The translations under genes were made by a program, and so were the position numbers. 64,000 bases of DNA from Raillietiella orientalis (taxonomy: Eukaryota). The stretch spans positions 1,302,001 through 1,366,000 of the forward strand of contig JAYWIR010000040.1 of assembly GCA_036172245.1 (NCBI GenBank), given 5' to 3'. Under the pieces are notes generated by a model. It saw nothing but the letters and a program-made list of their open reading frames with translations. It made no database searches and had not been told where the DNA came from. Positions 35,621 to 48,300 of the stretch are shown here, piece by piece. Each line of letters begins with the position of its first letter. The first letter of the stretch is position 1.

Positions 35621-36251
35621 CCCTTTCTCCCACAAATTTGTTTTCTTTTTGTTGTTTTTGCTTCTTTTCGTTTTGATTTGTTCCCTCCCCTCTGCTGCCG
35701 TGGTGGACCTCACCGATCTGCCAACCGGTAACGCGGCGGGTTAGATCTAAAATGGACGTGGTTGGACCACCGACCCAACCACAGAGATTGGAGATGTTTA
35801 TTTTATCTATAAATAAACGCATCGGCGCATCCGGGGCGTTGCCGCTCTTTGACAAGGGATTGCATTGCGTCTTCTCTCTGCGCCGCTCTCACCGTAGAGG
35901 CAAACTTCTTCCTCGTGCAGCTGCTATTAAAAGCAACTTTGCCCATTAGAATCATGGGCCCTCCATCCGAAAGCTCCCCAGGAGGTTCCTGATTTCAGAG
36001 AGGCTTGTCTTCCGCAAGCTTCTGACCTGAGTTAATCGTGGACCAAACGACCGGAAGAGTGAATGTCTTGCATCTTCGAGCTCTTTACGAGGAACACACA
36101 TCAGCACAGCCTACCTCTGAAGGTTCGCATGACCAACGACTCCAACAGCCCCACTGCTTGCATTCCCGTGTGTGATATTGGCAAAGAATTCGATAGAACG
36201 AGGATTTGCCCAAACTGACGAATGCAACTTTCGTGACAAGTCTTGTTGCGA

Positions 36252-36254
<3 letters not shown>

Positions 36255-36282
<28 letters not shown>
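36255..36282. repeat. (TG)14 microsatellite
   Basis: Read directly from the sequence. Confidence 0.95.
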
Positions 36283-36288
<6 letters not shown>

Positions 36289-36819
36289 TTTAAAAAAAAT
36301 GTTTTATTAAGAGTTTCTTTCTTCGGTGCTTTAACGATACTTGACAAAAAATAAAAATAGAAAAAGTCTCCATTGAAAATGAAGTAAATGTACATCGACA
36401 GGATGAGAGCCATTGTCCCGCAATGCGTGAAAAAAAGAAAAAATTAAAAATTAAAATTAAAATCACGTTAATCTTAATTCTCCATGCAGGTACTCTTTTA
36501 TCAGAAGAGCTCAAATCCAAGGCTGCGTAGCACTTGTACCCTCCGAATTTCGTACAAATTCGCCTCGTTCCAGCATTCGCTGTTTCAAAACCGTGTGCCG
36601 TTGGGCGATTCACCTCACTTCTTTCTTTATAAGCCTCGATCTGGGGCTTTGCAAGAACGGCCTCAGCGGAGGAACCGCGAAAGAAGGTCCAGAGCCCCTC
36701 CTGTAACCTCCCGTAACCATAACTGCACATATAAGCAATCAAGTTTGTATCTTCATACTTCTGTTGATGTTTTTCTACTTGAAAACTGAAGTGTCATTCC
36801 CGGGTAACCTTTCAGGGAA

Positions 36820-37280
36820 ACCTTTATCCCAAGCAGGGCAACAGGAGCGGAAGCAGGTCTCCCGTCTTCCCGAAATGGCGGCTCACCCTCCCTCCCAAGT
36901 GGCAAGAGGCGGCGTTTTTGCTGTTGCACTGGGACCTCCCATGCAGCGCGCGCCGAAACCACTGGGCCCGGGGAGTTGTGGGGGACAGGAAATCCTCCCG
37001 CACCTGCTTGTGGACCGTGGGGGGACGCTTTGCAGCGACGATCCTTCGCCCCCCATGTGGCAGCCCCAGAGGTTCAATGAGACCTCTCTTCGCGCGCGAC
37101 GCATTGCTGCCGGCCGCATCATTAGCAGCGCTTTGCTGCCAACGGAGGAGGAAGCGGAAGCCATCCACTACACCCTACGTCTCCTACGTAGGACAATGAG
37201 ATGGTCCCACCTGGATACAAGAACAAAAGGCGATCTTGCCGGCATCCTGCAAAGGATGCGGAGGACAGGGGTCACGTCCT
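36820..37280 (+). mobile_element. Second 3' fragment of the same LINE family
   Basis: SCGGQEILPHLLVD finger remnant; nucleotide similarity to 35150-35580 and to the reverse complement of 37285-37740. Confidence 0.65.
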
Positions 37281-37284
37281 GCCG

Positions 37285-38400
37285 GTGACGGTCCTGTCCA
37301 TCCTCTGTAGGATACCGGCAAGGTCTTTCTGGATAATGCTGTCCAAGTGTTGGGCCGTCGCGTTGCCATCCTGATGAAGCGGACGGCGAAGAGGATGACA
37401 TCCCTATCGCTGCATCGCTCCAGGCAGCCACGATCCCACGTAGGCAGCACAGGGCTGCCAGCGAGACCGCTGGCCGAAGGGCGTTGCGAACGAAGAGGGG
37501 TTTCAAAGCGTCCTTGGAGTTGCCTCCGGGGGTTCCCAAGGCTGCGGCAAAGCGTTCCCAGAGGGACCAGGGGTCAGCACAATCCACAAGCAGGTGGGAA
37601 AGGGACTCACGCTCCCCTCACTTGACACAGTTCGGTTCCACACACAACCGCATCCAGTGATGACGGCAGGCGTTGCACGGGAGACCCCAGTGCAGCAACA
37701 GCGCCGGTTCCTGCCACTTCAAGGAGAGGGTGCGGGTGTCCATGAGAACCGGGGGCCACTTCAGATGTTTCAACGGAACATCCAGTAGCTCGCCCCAGCT
37801 CAAGAGTCCATGGTGTCGAGCAATCGGGGTCACAGAGTCGGTGAGCTGACCCGTCGCCCACTCGCCCAGTCCTTTCTCCCTTCCGGAGGTGGTCACTGAA
37901 ACCTTCCATTTCTCTGCGATGCGGCTGCCCAGATGTTCCCTGAGGGTAAGGAGTGCTGCAGCGAAGGAGGTTCTTCCTGCCCACAAGCTTTTTCCGGGAT
38001 CCTCCTGGGGCGTTCAGCGGTTCTTGCGTGGAAGCGACCCAACTGTTCCATGCGTTGCTCCTGGATCCTCACCCACCTGAGAACGGCTTCCTGTAGGCAG
38101 GCACTAACGCTCGCCGGGCGGCAGGAGATCCATCCCGTGTTCTTCCTCGTCAGCGTGACCATCCGCCGAAGCTGCAATCCGCAGATGCCGATGTGGGGAC
38201 GACGGAGTGCAAGGGAGGACACGAACCCCTCGTTGCCGGTGGCTTGCTCGACGAGGAGGCGTGCAGGGTCGCCCAAGGTAGTGCTCCAGAGCTTCGCCGC
38301 AAGGGCAAGTATCCTCAACTGGAGCTGAAGCTCCAGCCACTCCAGCGTCAGGAGGCCGAGACCGCCGTCCCGACGCGGCGTTCTCATTTGATGATGACCT
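37285..38400 (-). mobile_element. Third fragment of the same LINE family, minus strand
   Basis: PRRDGGLGL post-RT motif (~38350-38380) followed by CVK*GERESLSHLLVDC...LWERFAA, homologous to the + strand copy near 35230-35330. Confidence 0.7.
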
Positions 38401-38892
38401 CTTGTGACCCGTCTTGAAGGACTCAACTCGAACACGTCTTCAAGCGCCCGCAGGGGAATCGATTCTCTAAGAATCCTCAACCATGTTTGAAATGGTTCAG
38501 GCATGGAATGTGAAATGGAATGCAATTACGTGTTGCATCACTTGATGTGGTCCATCCGTTTTGATAATTAAAACTTTTAAAGCAGTAAACCTTCCTATTG
38601 TATTTTTATTTATGATACCTTTCTGCCTTTGACTCAAATGGAAAGGTTCAAAGAATCCTGTATCATCCTCTTTTCAGCAATTTAGAAAAGACTGTAGAGA
38701 TTTTTGGCCATGTTTGTATAAACGTTATATCGGGCAACAAGTTGTACCATACACTAATGTTACTCCTGACATCCGAAGACACTGACAATTTCCAATTGTG
38801 CTAAAAATTTCATTCAGTGTCTCAGCCGCACTGAGCAGACTCTCAAAGGACCATTCGAAATTCGTTTTTTGTTTTTCTTTTTTTCCAACTTT

Positions 38893-38907
38893 GTTGCCCA
38901 TGGCAAC
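38893..38907. promoter_or_regulatory. Isolated RFX X-box palindrome
   Basis: GTTGCC-CAT-GGCAAC fits GTNRCC(N0-3)RGYAAC. The target gene is unknown. Confidence 0.35.
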
Positions 38908-40222
38908 GCATCTTCAATTACACTCTGCAGCGATGATTAAGAGAATGGACTTTTGTATTATTGATACCACACCGTTTTACTCCTAAAACCTATCTTTGAG
39001 TGAGTTTAACTTTCGAATCTCAGGGAATTTGCACACTCAGCAAAATGCAGCACGTAGAAAAGCCCAACAGGAACACGAGTGACGCGCTCTCCTTGATTTA
39101 ATTATCCCACTCTGCCGGGAAACCTGGGAATCTTACTCGTGTGCGAGTCCTGTACAACCTGTACAACCTGTAACAATGTTACATCCTGACGACAGCTTTA
39201 AAATCCTACGGGAGCCTTTTCTTTAGCAGCTCATACTGCCGTTCACGTTGGAACGAAAGAGACATTGCATGGTGTTGGCATTCGTGCAACTCTCTCGACA
39301 TATGCATTTCAACGAGGGTCTCGGTTTTCTGTTCTTCTTTCCTTTTTTTCTTTTCGTTCTCTCTCTTGTAGTTACTGTACAACTTAATGGTCGTCCCCAT
39401 TCCGATGATCTGCTCATCCGAAACTTGTAGAGCTACAAAGGAATGAAGCGTCTTCAGAGGCGAATTGGGCGCCTTCCCCTGAGCACTGATGGCACAAGTA
39501 GTACCTTCAAGCAGCGAGTGCAACGATGAGCCTTGTTGATCACTCTTTCGGATGCTTTTCTAAGAAGAGATTTTTCCCAAAGAATCTCATGCTCAAACCT
39601 TGTGCCTTCGGATGCTTTGGAGTATATCACATGTGATCTGATTCCAAATCATGTGATTCAGCTCCTTTTGGAGGCAAAACCGAGCGCGGGACTGCTGACC
39701 TCCAAGGTCTTGCCTTGCAAAAAGCTGCTGCGTGGATGTTGCTGTTTGTTTGAGGAAGCTCGAAGGCACTTGTGTGGACTGAGATCCAGAATTTTTTCGA
39801 ATCAGATTGTGCTGCATTCTCTGCATGTCTCATTATCTCTTTCGAGCACAGTGGAACGATCCTAGAGAAAATCAGCCTCCTCCCCCATCTGCAGATGCAG
39901 TAAAAAAAAAAAATATGCCTCAGTTCATTCCCCCGATATCGTTGTTTTCTACAAACACTCGGCATGCTGCTGCTAGCATTGAAGCACAGCGGAATATTCC
40001 AGGAAAGAGCACCTATCCTCAAACCGACTAGAGGAAGCGACTGATTGGTACTTGATGAAATTCCAGAGTTGGATTTTCAGGGACTGACTCTTCAGCTCTC
40101 TTTTGAAGAGAGAGAGGAACGTGAGCAGATTCGGCTCCTCTTTGGTGCATACCAACTCCTTACGAATGCAGATCAGCTTGTACATCTGGATCCCTGGAAG
40201 GAGAGCAGCGTGCTATGCTGAG

Positions 40223-40258
40223 AATCAAATCAAATCAAATTGATTTCAAACATTTATT
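40223..40258 (-). repeat. AATAAA plus (ATTTG)n tail, probable 3' end of a non-LTR retroelement
   Basis: The minus strand reads AATAAATGTTTGAAATCAATTTGATTTGATTTGATT. The element body is not recognisable. Confidence 0.35.
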
Positions 40259-43045
40259 GGTACTGAATATCGATTTGTGTACAAAAATGCTGTAATTAAG
40301 CATACATCTAAGAGATTTCTTCCACGAGATCGTTCGTATATCAAACATTTGGGCAGTGCTGAGTAATGTTGGTATCACATGAGATGATGACTGTTAGTTT
40401 TTTTGTTTTTTTGTTTTTTCTTCCTAATTGTGAATTTGGAGCTTTCCGATTTCAGGGAAGATGCATTGCTGAACTGCACGCATCAAAACTTTCATTCTTC
40501 CCTGTCAGCAGATTTGCAAAATTTCTGGTCCTGCTTCTTCTCTGCTTTCCTCGCTGGAGAGAGCAGATCGTTGCTTCCCTGATCCTCATTGCGTGGTACG
40601 CTGTTTCCTCGCAACGGAGCACGAATGCAATCCAATGGTCCATCTCAACAGATCACAGGTTACGATTCACAGTGTTGGAATCACCATGGACTTCAGAGCA
40701 AAGGAAAAACTACGGAATTTTAGGAATTTCGCCCATTGTGGGGGAAGAAGAGAGAGGGGGGGGGGGGCTATGTAGAAATTCAAGCGTTGACGATTCTCTG
40801 CAAGTTCATGCCTGCCCTGCGACCTACACCATCCCGCTCCTCTTCATGGAACCCAGTGCCACAACTGCAGAGATATTTGTGCAAATTGCTTCATCCACAT
40901 TACTTGGATTGCAGATTGCAAAGAAGCGTTCCTTCTCTATTGAATCCGTGGTTTCTATATTCTGGAGGAAAGTTATTCCTATTTGGTAGCTTGGTATGAG
41001 ACGTGAATTTTTTTTTCTACGAAAAAGAAAAAAATGGCAGAATTTAAAGAATCCTCTTGTTATAACGATCTCGGATTTATTTTAAGCTTCATCTGATTGA
41101 TGAATCGGGGTTTGTTCCACACATGCAGAACCCCATTATAATTATGCATTGACTGCATCGTGTATGTGCAAAAAGAAATATCGAAAAAAGAAAAAAAAAA
41201 AAAAAGGAATATCACCTGTTTAAATAGATCATCTATGTAATTTTTTTTTTTGTGTGTGTGTGTGTATGAAAAGAAATCAATATTGTCATTATGCAATGTT
41301 CAGCAGCTTAACATTGGTTTTCGTGCCTTCTGTTCGGAGTTTGAACACGATGAAAAAAATTGTGGCAATGCAACGAATGGAACACTGCTTAACACGTGAA
41401 CTAGAAAATTGGCTGAAAGAAAATTGAAGGAGCTCATTTGGCACAATAGGATTATCCGTAAGCAAATTTCCCATTGATTTACGGCGTTCATCGAATCCAG
41501 TATCCTTCTATTAAGTAATTTGCACAGCAAGAAGAAATGGTTTCGTTTTTCAACATTTAACTTCATACTTTGATTACTCGGACACTAAAAATCCGTATAT
41601 ATGAACTCTTTTATATGTGCAGTATTCAATGAAACGGTTCAAGATATTCTTCAAATTAATAAAACATGTTGGAAAATGAATTTTCCTTTAAAAAAAAAAA
41701 AACATTTAAAATCTTTTAAATTAAAATTCCCAGTATATCAATAATCCCATCACGACAGGATCATCTAAAAGCAGTGATGAATTCCAGTGTAAAATCTGGA
41801 AATGAGTTCATAAATAGAAAGAAAGAAATACTATTCAAATATAAAATACGTCTTCAGAGATCGATACGTGGAAAGCCTGCATGCTGATCAGTTTTTTTTT
41901 TTTTTTTTTTTTTTTCAGAATGTGATTTTAACACACAAAAGGGTGGTCTCGAATGGGCAAGCATGGAACACGCAGTGCTCAAACGAACAAAAAGCACAAA
42001 ATAAAAACAACTCCCAGCTTGCTGGTGTACGGCGCTTTCCTGGAAAAAAAAAAAACGAGCAGATTTGTAAAAAAGAATAGGTGGATGTCGGATAAGAATT
42101 ATTAATGATGCGGCAGCTTAAACGAAACCAAAAAGACGCCTACACAACAAAACATCCCAAATATTTTACATGCATAATCGACTGCACGTTGCACCTTGTC
42201 ATCCATCATATCGTTGCATTTTGTCATGTTATCATGCTGCATGCACATCACAACAGTAATGTACGAAATTTTCTCTGGATGCACAAATCCTGACAAATTA
42301 CAGTTGTAGGTTTGCTTTATGCACAGTATCTTTGCACGCAGGATACATTCTGACCCAACTGACATATTGAGAAGCAAAAACGAAAAACTTCTAAAACAGT
42401 GCAGTTTCTTTACCAGAGCAGGGAACTGCTCACATCAATAAAATAGGAATAAACAAATTAACTGATCTGCGTGTTTGAACCTTAAATTGACTCACTAATT
42501 ACTCTGTGTTGACAAAGAAAGAACCTTGGATTACTCGAGAACTTCTATAGGCTCTGTATATCATAATTCTGCAGAGATAAAGGAAACTGATTAACATAAT
42601 AAAAAACAATGTTGCATACAAATTTTAGGGCCTCGACTCGTTGCACTGCACTAGATAGCCAAGTGGAAGGATATCACTAAACAGAGTTAAGAATATTAGG
42701 CATATCTTTCTATTGTGCTTGTTCCTTTGTTTATTTTCTTTCTTGGCAGAACAGTTTTCGTTATTTGCCTTTCGGAGTGTTAGTTTTTCTCCTTCTTATC
42801 TGTTGTAACAGTCATTGAGATTTTTGTTAATTATTTTGTCAGCATCTCTGTGATGCCTTGCACCATGAGGTTGAGAGTGATCTGGTAGCCCCGCACGTGT
42901 GGAATTGACCGAACGCAGTGTGCAAAGGCTCTGTCAGTGCAGAGCAGAAGACCACGTAAAAGGAAAAAGGAGTCTGCTTCCCAGAAGCAACAAGAAACCA
43001 ATGGACCTCCTAGAATGTTAGATGTTTTGAAGTAAAACATAAAAC

Positions 43046-43646
43046 ATGCCTTCCAAGTCCAAACCCCGACATCCAAAAAAAAAGTGCGCAAATAGATTAA
43101 TGAAAATAAAGCATAGATCAAAGGATTTGGATGAGATCGACAAGGATTTGACGATCCAGGATGCAACCTCAAAGCTTCTTCATCAGGATTTAGATCTGGA
43201 TGTTGTTGGTGGAGCGCAGTTTCTTTGTGTACATTGTTGGTAAGGCTATTAAGATTCCCTATTATGGGATGACTTTCGTTATGGTGAAACTGAGTTCCTG
43301 CCTTGAGTTGCACCTTCTGTAATAATATGGACTGTCTTTATGTATGGGTGTGTGTGTGCATACATATATGTGTATATATAGGTAAAAGTGCATATATTTT
43401 CTTTCACATGTATTTGTGTGGGTTCCTTTTTATGTTTTTCTGTTTTCCAGTCGTTATTTCATTGATAACTCTTCATTAGAACGTCACTTTAAATCAAAAG
43501 TTCATAAACGTAGATTAAAACAGTTGGAAATTGAACCATATTCAGTGGAAGAATCCCAAAGGGCTGCTGGTATGGGATCGTACATCCCTCCTGCAAAAAG
43601 AGAAGTAAAAACATTAAGAAAGAGTGATGTATTAATGGAACTATAA
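43046..43646 (+). CDS. ZNF593: Zinc finger protein 593 / Bud20 homologue (60S ribosome biogenesis/export)
   Basis: Two exons, 43046-43239 and 43451-43646 (GT-AG, phase 2). They give KDLDEI...[19 protein letters not shown]...[34 protein letters not shown], the characteristic ZNF593 signature. Confidence 0.95.
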
Positions 43647-45347
43647 GTTGTGTTGCATGAAATAGATGCTTTTTAATATTAAGTGATTTTTGGGAATAGT
43701 TATGGGTATGAACTTTAAATATGCAAAAGCGTAATTCAGTGGAATGTGGTCACTCAGTTTTTTGTGTTTTTAATTGTGCTATAGCATGTACCCTGAATAT
43801 AAACAGGAATCATTGTATTCTCAAACAAGCAAAATGATAAAATACCTTCAAAACTCAGAAGTCACGTCTCTCAGCTTGAGGATCACACAAGTGCAATCAG
43901 GATTAGAATGATTGTATAAAGTTCATTGTGAATATCTCATCCTGTGAGTATTTAGTGTTTAGTGCATTAGATTTGGCTTTAAAACACATTTTGAATAGCA
44001 TCTTGCTAGTTAATTGCGGCACAATATTCTTTCAGCAAAGTATTAAATTGGTTCATAGCATAATCTGATAAATTATTGGGTAAATTAATCACTTTAGAAA
44101 GTATGGTAAGTGTTGATGAAAATAAAAACCCTGAAGCTGAGCAGATTTTGAATTCAAGCAGTTTTCACAAGAATGCACATCATGTTATGGGTTAATATCT
44201 GCATTTTCAAAATTAAGGAATCAGAAGCAAGTTCATATCACAAACTTCTGATGAATAACGTTTTTGGTATTTTTTAATACACTTTTTGAGTTTTATTTTC
44301 ATCATATGATGTAAAAAAATATGTCGCACAATGTATATTAATGTGACAATTAATGGTTGGGTCGATGTTCGTGATGCATGAACTTCTCATGTAGTAAAAG
44401 AATTTGTCTACCATTTACCATTCAGTAAATTAGAAATATTTCAGCCCATGAAAGTTGTAGGAGTATCTGTTGCATAGTTGATGAAACATGTTAAATTAGC
44501 TCAAAAAGTTTTCTAGTTTTCCTTTTTCTCTAAAGTTTGAAATATGAGTTTTGAAAACTAATCATGTAAATTTTTCTGATCGGGAGGCTCCTTGGATTCA
44601 TTCAAGACAGAATAGACAGTTCACAGTTTCCTGTTTAAAGTAAGGTTTTTTATTTCAAATACCGAACTCATTACAATGACATGAAAACATGAGCTCGTTT
44701 GCATTGTGAAGATTGAGAAGATGGAAATTTATTAATCGTACTCTCTTGAAACTCTGTACAGCATCATTTGCTCTTGAAAATAGGATTACTTTTCACTACT
44801 ATGAAACCTGTTGCAAAAATTGTAAATACAACAGAATTTATTGAAGTTGATTCAACTGTGGCTGCACAAATGCAGTACATAAATGGAGAATTTTGCAAGA
44901 ATTAGGAACCATTGGATACAACTTATTTTTCAGTGAGTTTCTGATAGCTTATTTTTTCAGTGATATAATTAAATACAAAAATAATAAATGGAATTCCTAA
45001 GAGTTTATCATAAACTTGAGGAGAAAAACAAAAAAGAAAATGGAAATTTAATTGCCTTTGAAAGAGATTGTTGAAAGATCTAACTTATCTTATTGTTGAA
45101 CCATTTTGTGAATTATTTGCTGCTTGTTTTCGACCATTTATACTTGATTGAGCAATGTTGTGTGCGGATTTGGTTGTAAGAAGCATAATTTTTAGTTTTA
45201 GCTCATTAAATATTAGGAATTGAAGAATAAGTACTTGAAGTGTAATAGCACATTTTTTGAGAATTAGTGTGATTGAAACTGTACTCTTTGCATAAATTTA
45301 TTCTATGCAAGTTTATTGGAATATAAAGACAATGATTTTAAGACTTG

Positions 45348-48300
45348 TTAATCAGTTTCGAAAGACGAATTTGGGGTGTAGAATATTTCCGTGTTGGTCT
45401 CACTGTCATTTCGTTCTAGAATTACAGCATAATAACGATTGGAAGTAATTATTAGCTTTGCTTCAGCATGTCTTAATTCTTCTTGCAATCTATCCATATT
45501 TGTTGCTTCCATACCAATTTCCTGGTAGTTGCTCTCTGATTCATCTACTAAGGACCTCAGTAAGTTTGCATATTTGCTGGGTATTCCCTTTCCAGCTGTG
45601 ATGCTAGACTGACATAAAGCAATGCTCTGGGTTTCATTAAATGAGCAATCTTTATTGTTTTTCGATTCCTCTAATATAGAAACATCCTGGTTGCTTTGCA
45701 TCTTCTTGTTTCGAAATTTAAAAGAATCAATTGGGTTCTTCGATCCCTTACCAAAAGCTGCATAATATACATACTTAACAGCATTTTGTACATCTTCATT
45801 CTGTTCTAAAAGCACACTATGAGCCAATATCAAGTCCACAGCTCTCAAATGGATGAATTCTTCTTGGCAAACGTCACTTGCTTCGACTGCATGGCCAATT
45901 AAGATCAAAATTCGAATGATAATCTGCAAGAACGAAAACAAATAAGGAAATATAAAGCAATAAGCCTTTCTACCTCTGGAGAAAGACTATTAGCCTCTAA
46001 AAATTTAAGACACAACCTGATCCCTGATGCTTTTGCAAACTGGTTACTATTGTCCTTGTGGCTGTCGATGCATACATCAATCAAATTGATGATCACTGGG
46101 CGGAGATTATGTGAGGTGTGGTTCTCAAAAATTGACAGAGCACACCTGGAAAGAAGTTGGTATATTTCAAGTTGGTTCAGTTTGGCTCGCACCTTATCAA
46201 TATGGGCATTCCTCCAAGCTTTCCCAGTATAGTCTGGTTTTGGTAATTGTGTGCAATTATTTGACTGAGGACGCCAATTATGTGAACTACAGTTTCTTCA
46301 TCTGTTGGAAAAGTTCTCAAAATATCCACACCGATGGGAATTATGTGTGCTTCAAAAAAATAAAATACAGAGCAACAATCCAGATTGAAACTTGGTGCAT
46401 ATATACTTCTGCATCCAAAGTGGATTGCAATAATGAATCATTACATAAGATCATTGTGTAGCATTGAATAAGAACGAACAAAATATTCTTTCTTGTATCA
46501 TTTTTTATTCGAATTGCCTTGAGTGTATCCGAATTTTGCACAAATCTCATGGAGGAGTATGTCTTATAGAGGAACTTGAAAGATCTTAAGGTTGAGCAAA
46601 CGCCACAAAGAAATTTACAGAGCAGTAATGGAAAAACGAAGTCAAATTCTTCAACTTTTTAGCGGTTGTGCGAATTAGATAGGAAAAATAGAGAGAAAAA
46701 TCGTGACTCCATATTAAAGAACTTAATGTTATTTAATGTAGTTTTTCATTGCATTTGAGGATTAAAGAGAAAAGACTGTTAAGCTGTTTGCTTCTCTTTG
46801 GGAAAATTTTCTACAGTCGGTCTTTTCTAGAAACTGTTTAATTAACTCGGTTTTTCCATGTAATTATCTACACACGAAACTGATGTAAAGTTTCCTGTTG
46901 CAAGTTGTGTCACTATACATTTACTTTTAAAATTTATGTATACCTTATTATTTCAATTAACATTAAACCTCATGCAAAAATCATTGCTAATAGCCTTCAA
47001 TGTAAAGCATAATTAAATCCTAAGTTTAATACATATATTTCTGTCATATTAGCATAAATAAAGAAGTTTTCCTTTTTGATGTAAACAAAATATTTTCTTT
47101 TGTTTACAATAGAGTGATTCAAAGAATTCTTTAGAAATCAGTTCTCTGATATAAATTTTCATATTGTATTCATAAGACATAAGCGAATACACAAAATTAT
47201 AATCTCGTTACTGAAAATAAATTCAGTAACAGATATTCATTGTTATTACTTGAAATAAATGAATAATCAATACTTATTGTGTGATTTTAAAGTTCATTTT
47301 GTCTTTATGCTGAGTTTGTATGCTTCGTAAAGGAAAATCAAATTCAAGATTTATTCCGCAAAATAATTCAGTGAATTACTTCTTCAATGTTTTGTTTATA
47401 GGGCTAAATATATGCCTAGACAATCGAGCAATTAGTATGTCATTTTATTATGCCCTACAGGTATGTAAAATGTAATAAGAGCGAATGGAAACTTCCGATA
47501 ATTCGTTTTCTACATTTCCTCATTAATGTCACTAAACGTTAGGAACGATTGCATCGTATCTTTGGGGGCTCATGTAAATGTTTTTTTAAAGAAAAAAAAA
47601 AATTTAACCACCTATGTTCTTAAACTTCAAGAATTTGTACTCTCATGCCACTAAAAGCATATTTTTTTTGTATTGTATTTCGCTTGCCATTAAGCAGATA
47701 GAATTTGAAGCTGTGATGCTCGTAATAAATTATTGTAGTTGACGTATTCGTGATTATGCGTTCGTTAGTTGGAAAAAAGAAGAAATAATTTTCAAAAGTA
47801 GCCCTTTACTGAGCTGGTGAGCTTGGATCTATAAACCAATGCAAGCAGCGTCTAAGTGAATCTTTTGAACTATAACTGTAACTGAAGGTATCACAGGTTA
47901 CACAAACTTGAGTTTATCCGAATCGAACCAGAGGACATGCATACCAGGAATGCATAATGCAAGGCATAAATACCGATAAGCGTTATGGACGAAATCAGGA
48001 TGAGAATTTCTAAACGTGTCTTGGAATCAGTTCGTTGGTCTGTAAGAGGCTCAAGGATGTGCCATCCTGACGAGTCAACAAGTGAACTTTCATCTTGAGG
48101 AGGAAAAAAATTTTTCATGGGGTATCCGGGTTAACTATGCATCCATGGATTGAGAGTGCTATTGGATCCCACGTAATCTGATGGGGGTGCTTTGGGTGCA
48201 TTTTGGGGTTTTGAATAGCATGTTATGAGCACATTATGAACTTGATAAAATCTATTTCATGGAATTTTTCATGAAATGGATCAGCATGACTGATACATAG

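Noticed and set aside
39200..40195. Possible LINE remnants or an exon on the minus strand
   Set aside because: Only weak motif echoes; no family or gene link can be assigned.
46370..46650. Open frame containing GVCSTL inside TERB1 intron 3
   Set aside because: Exon 49714-49819 aligns better, and this frame has no donor in the phase needed for the 46349 acceptor.
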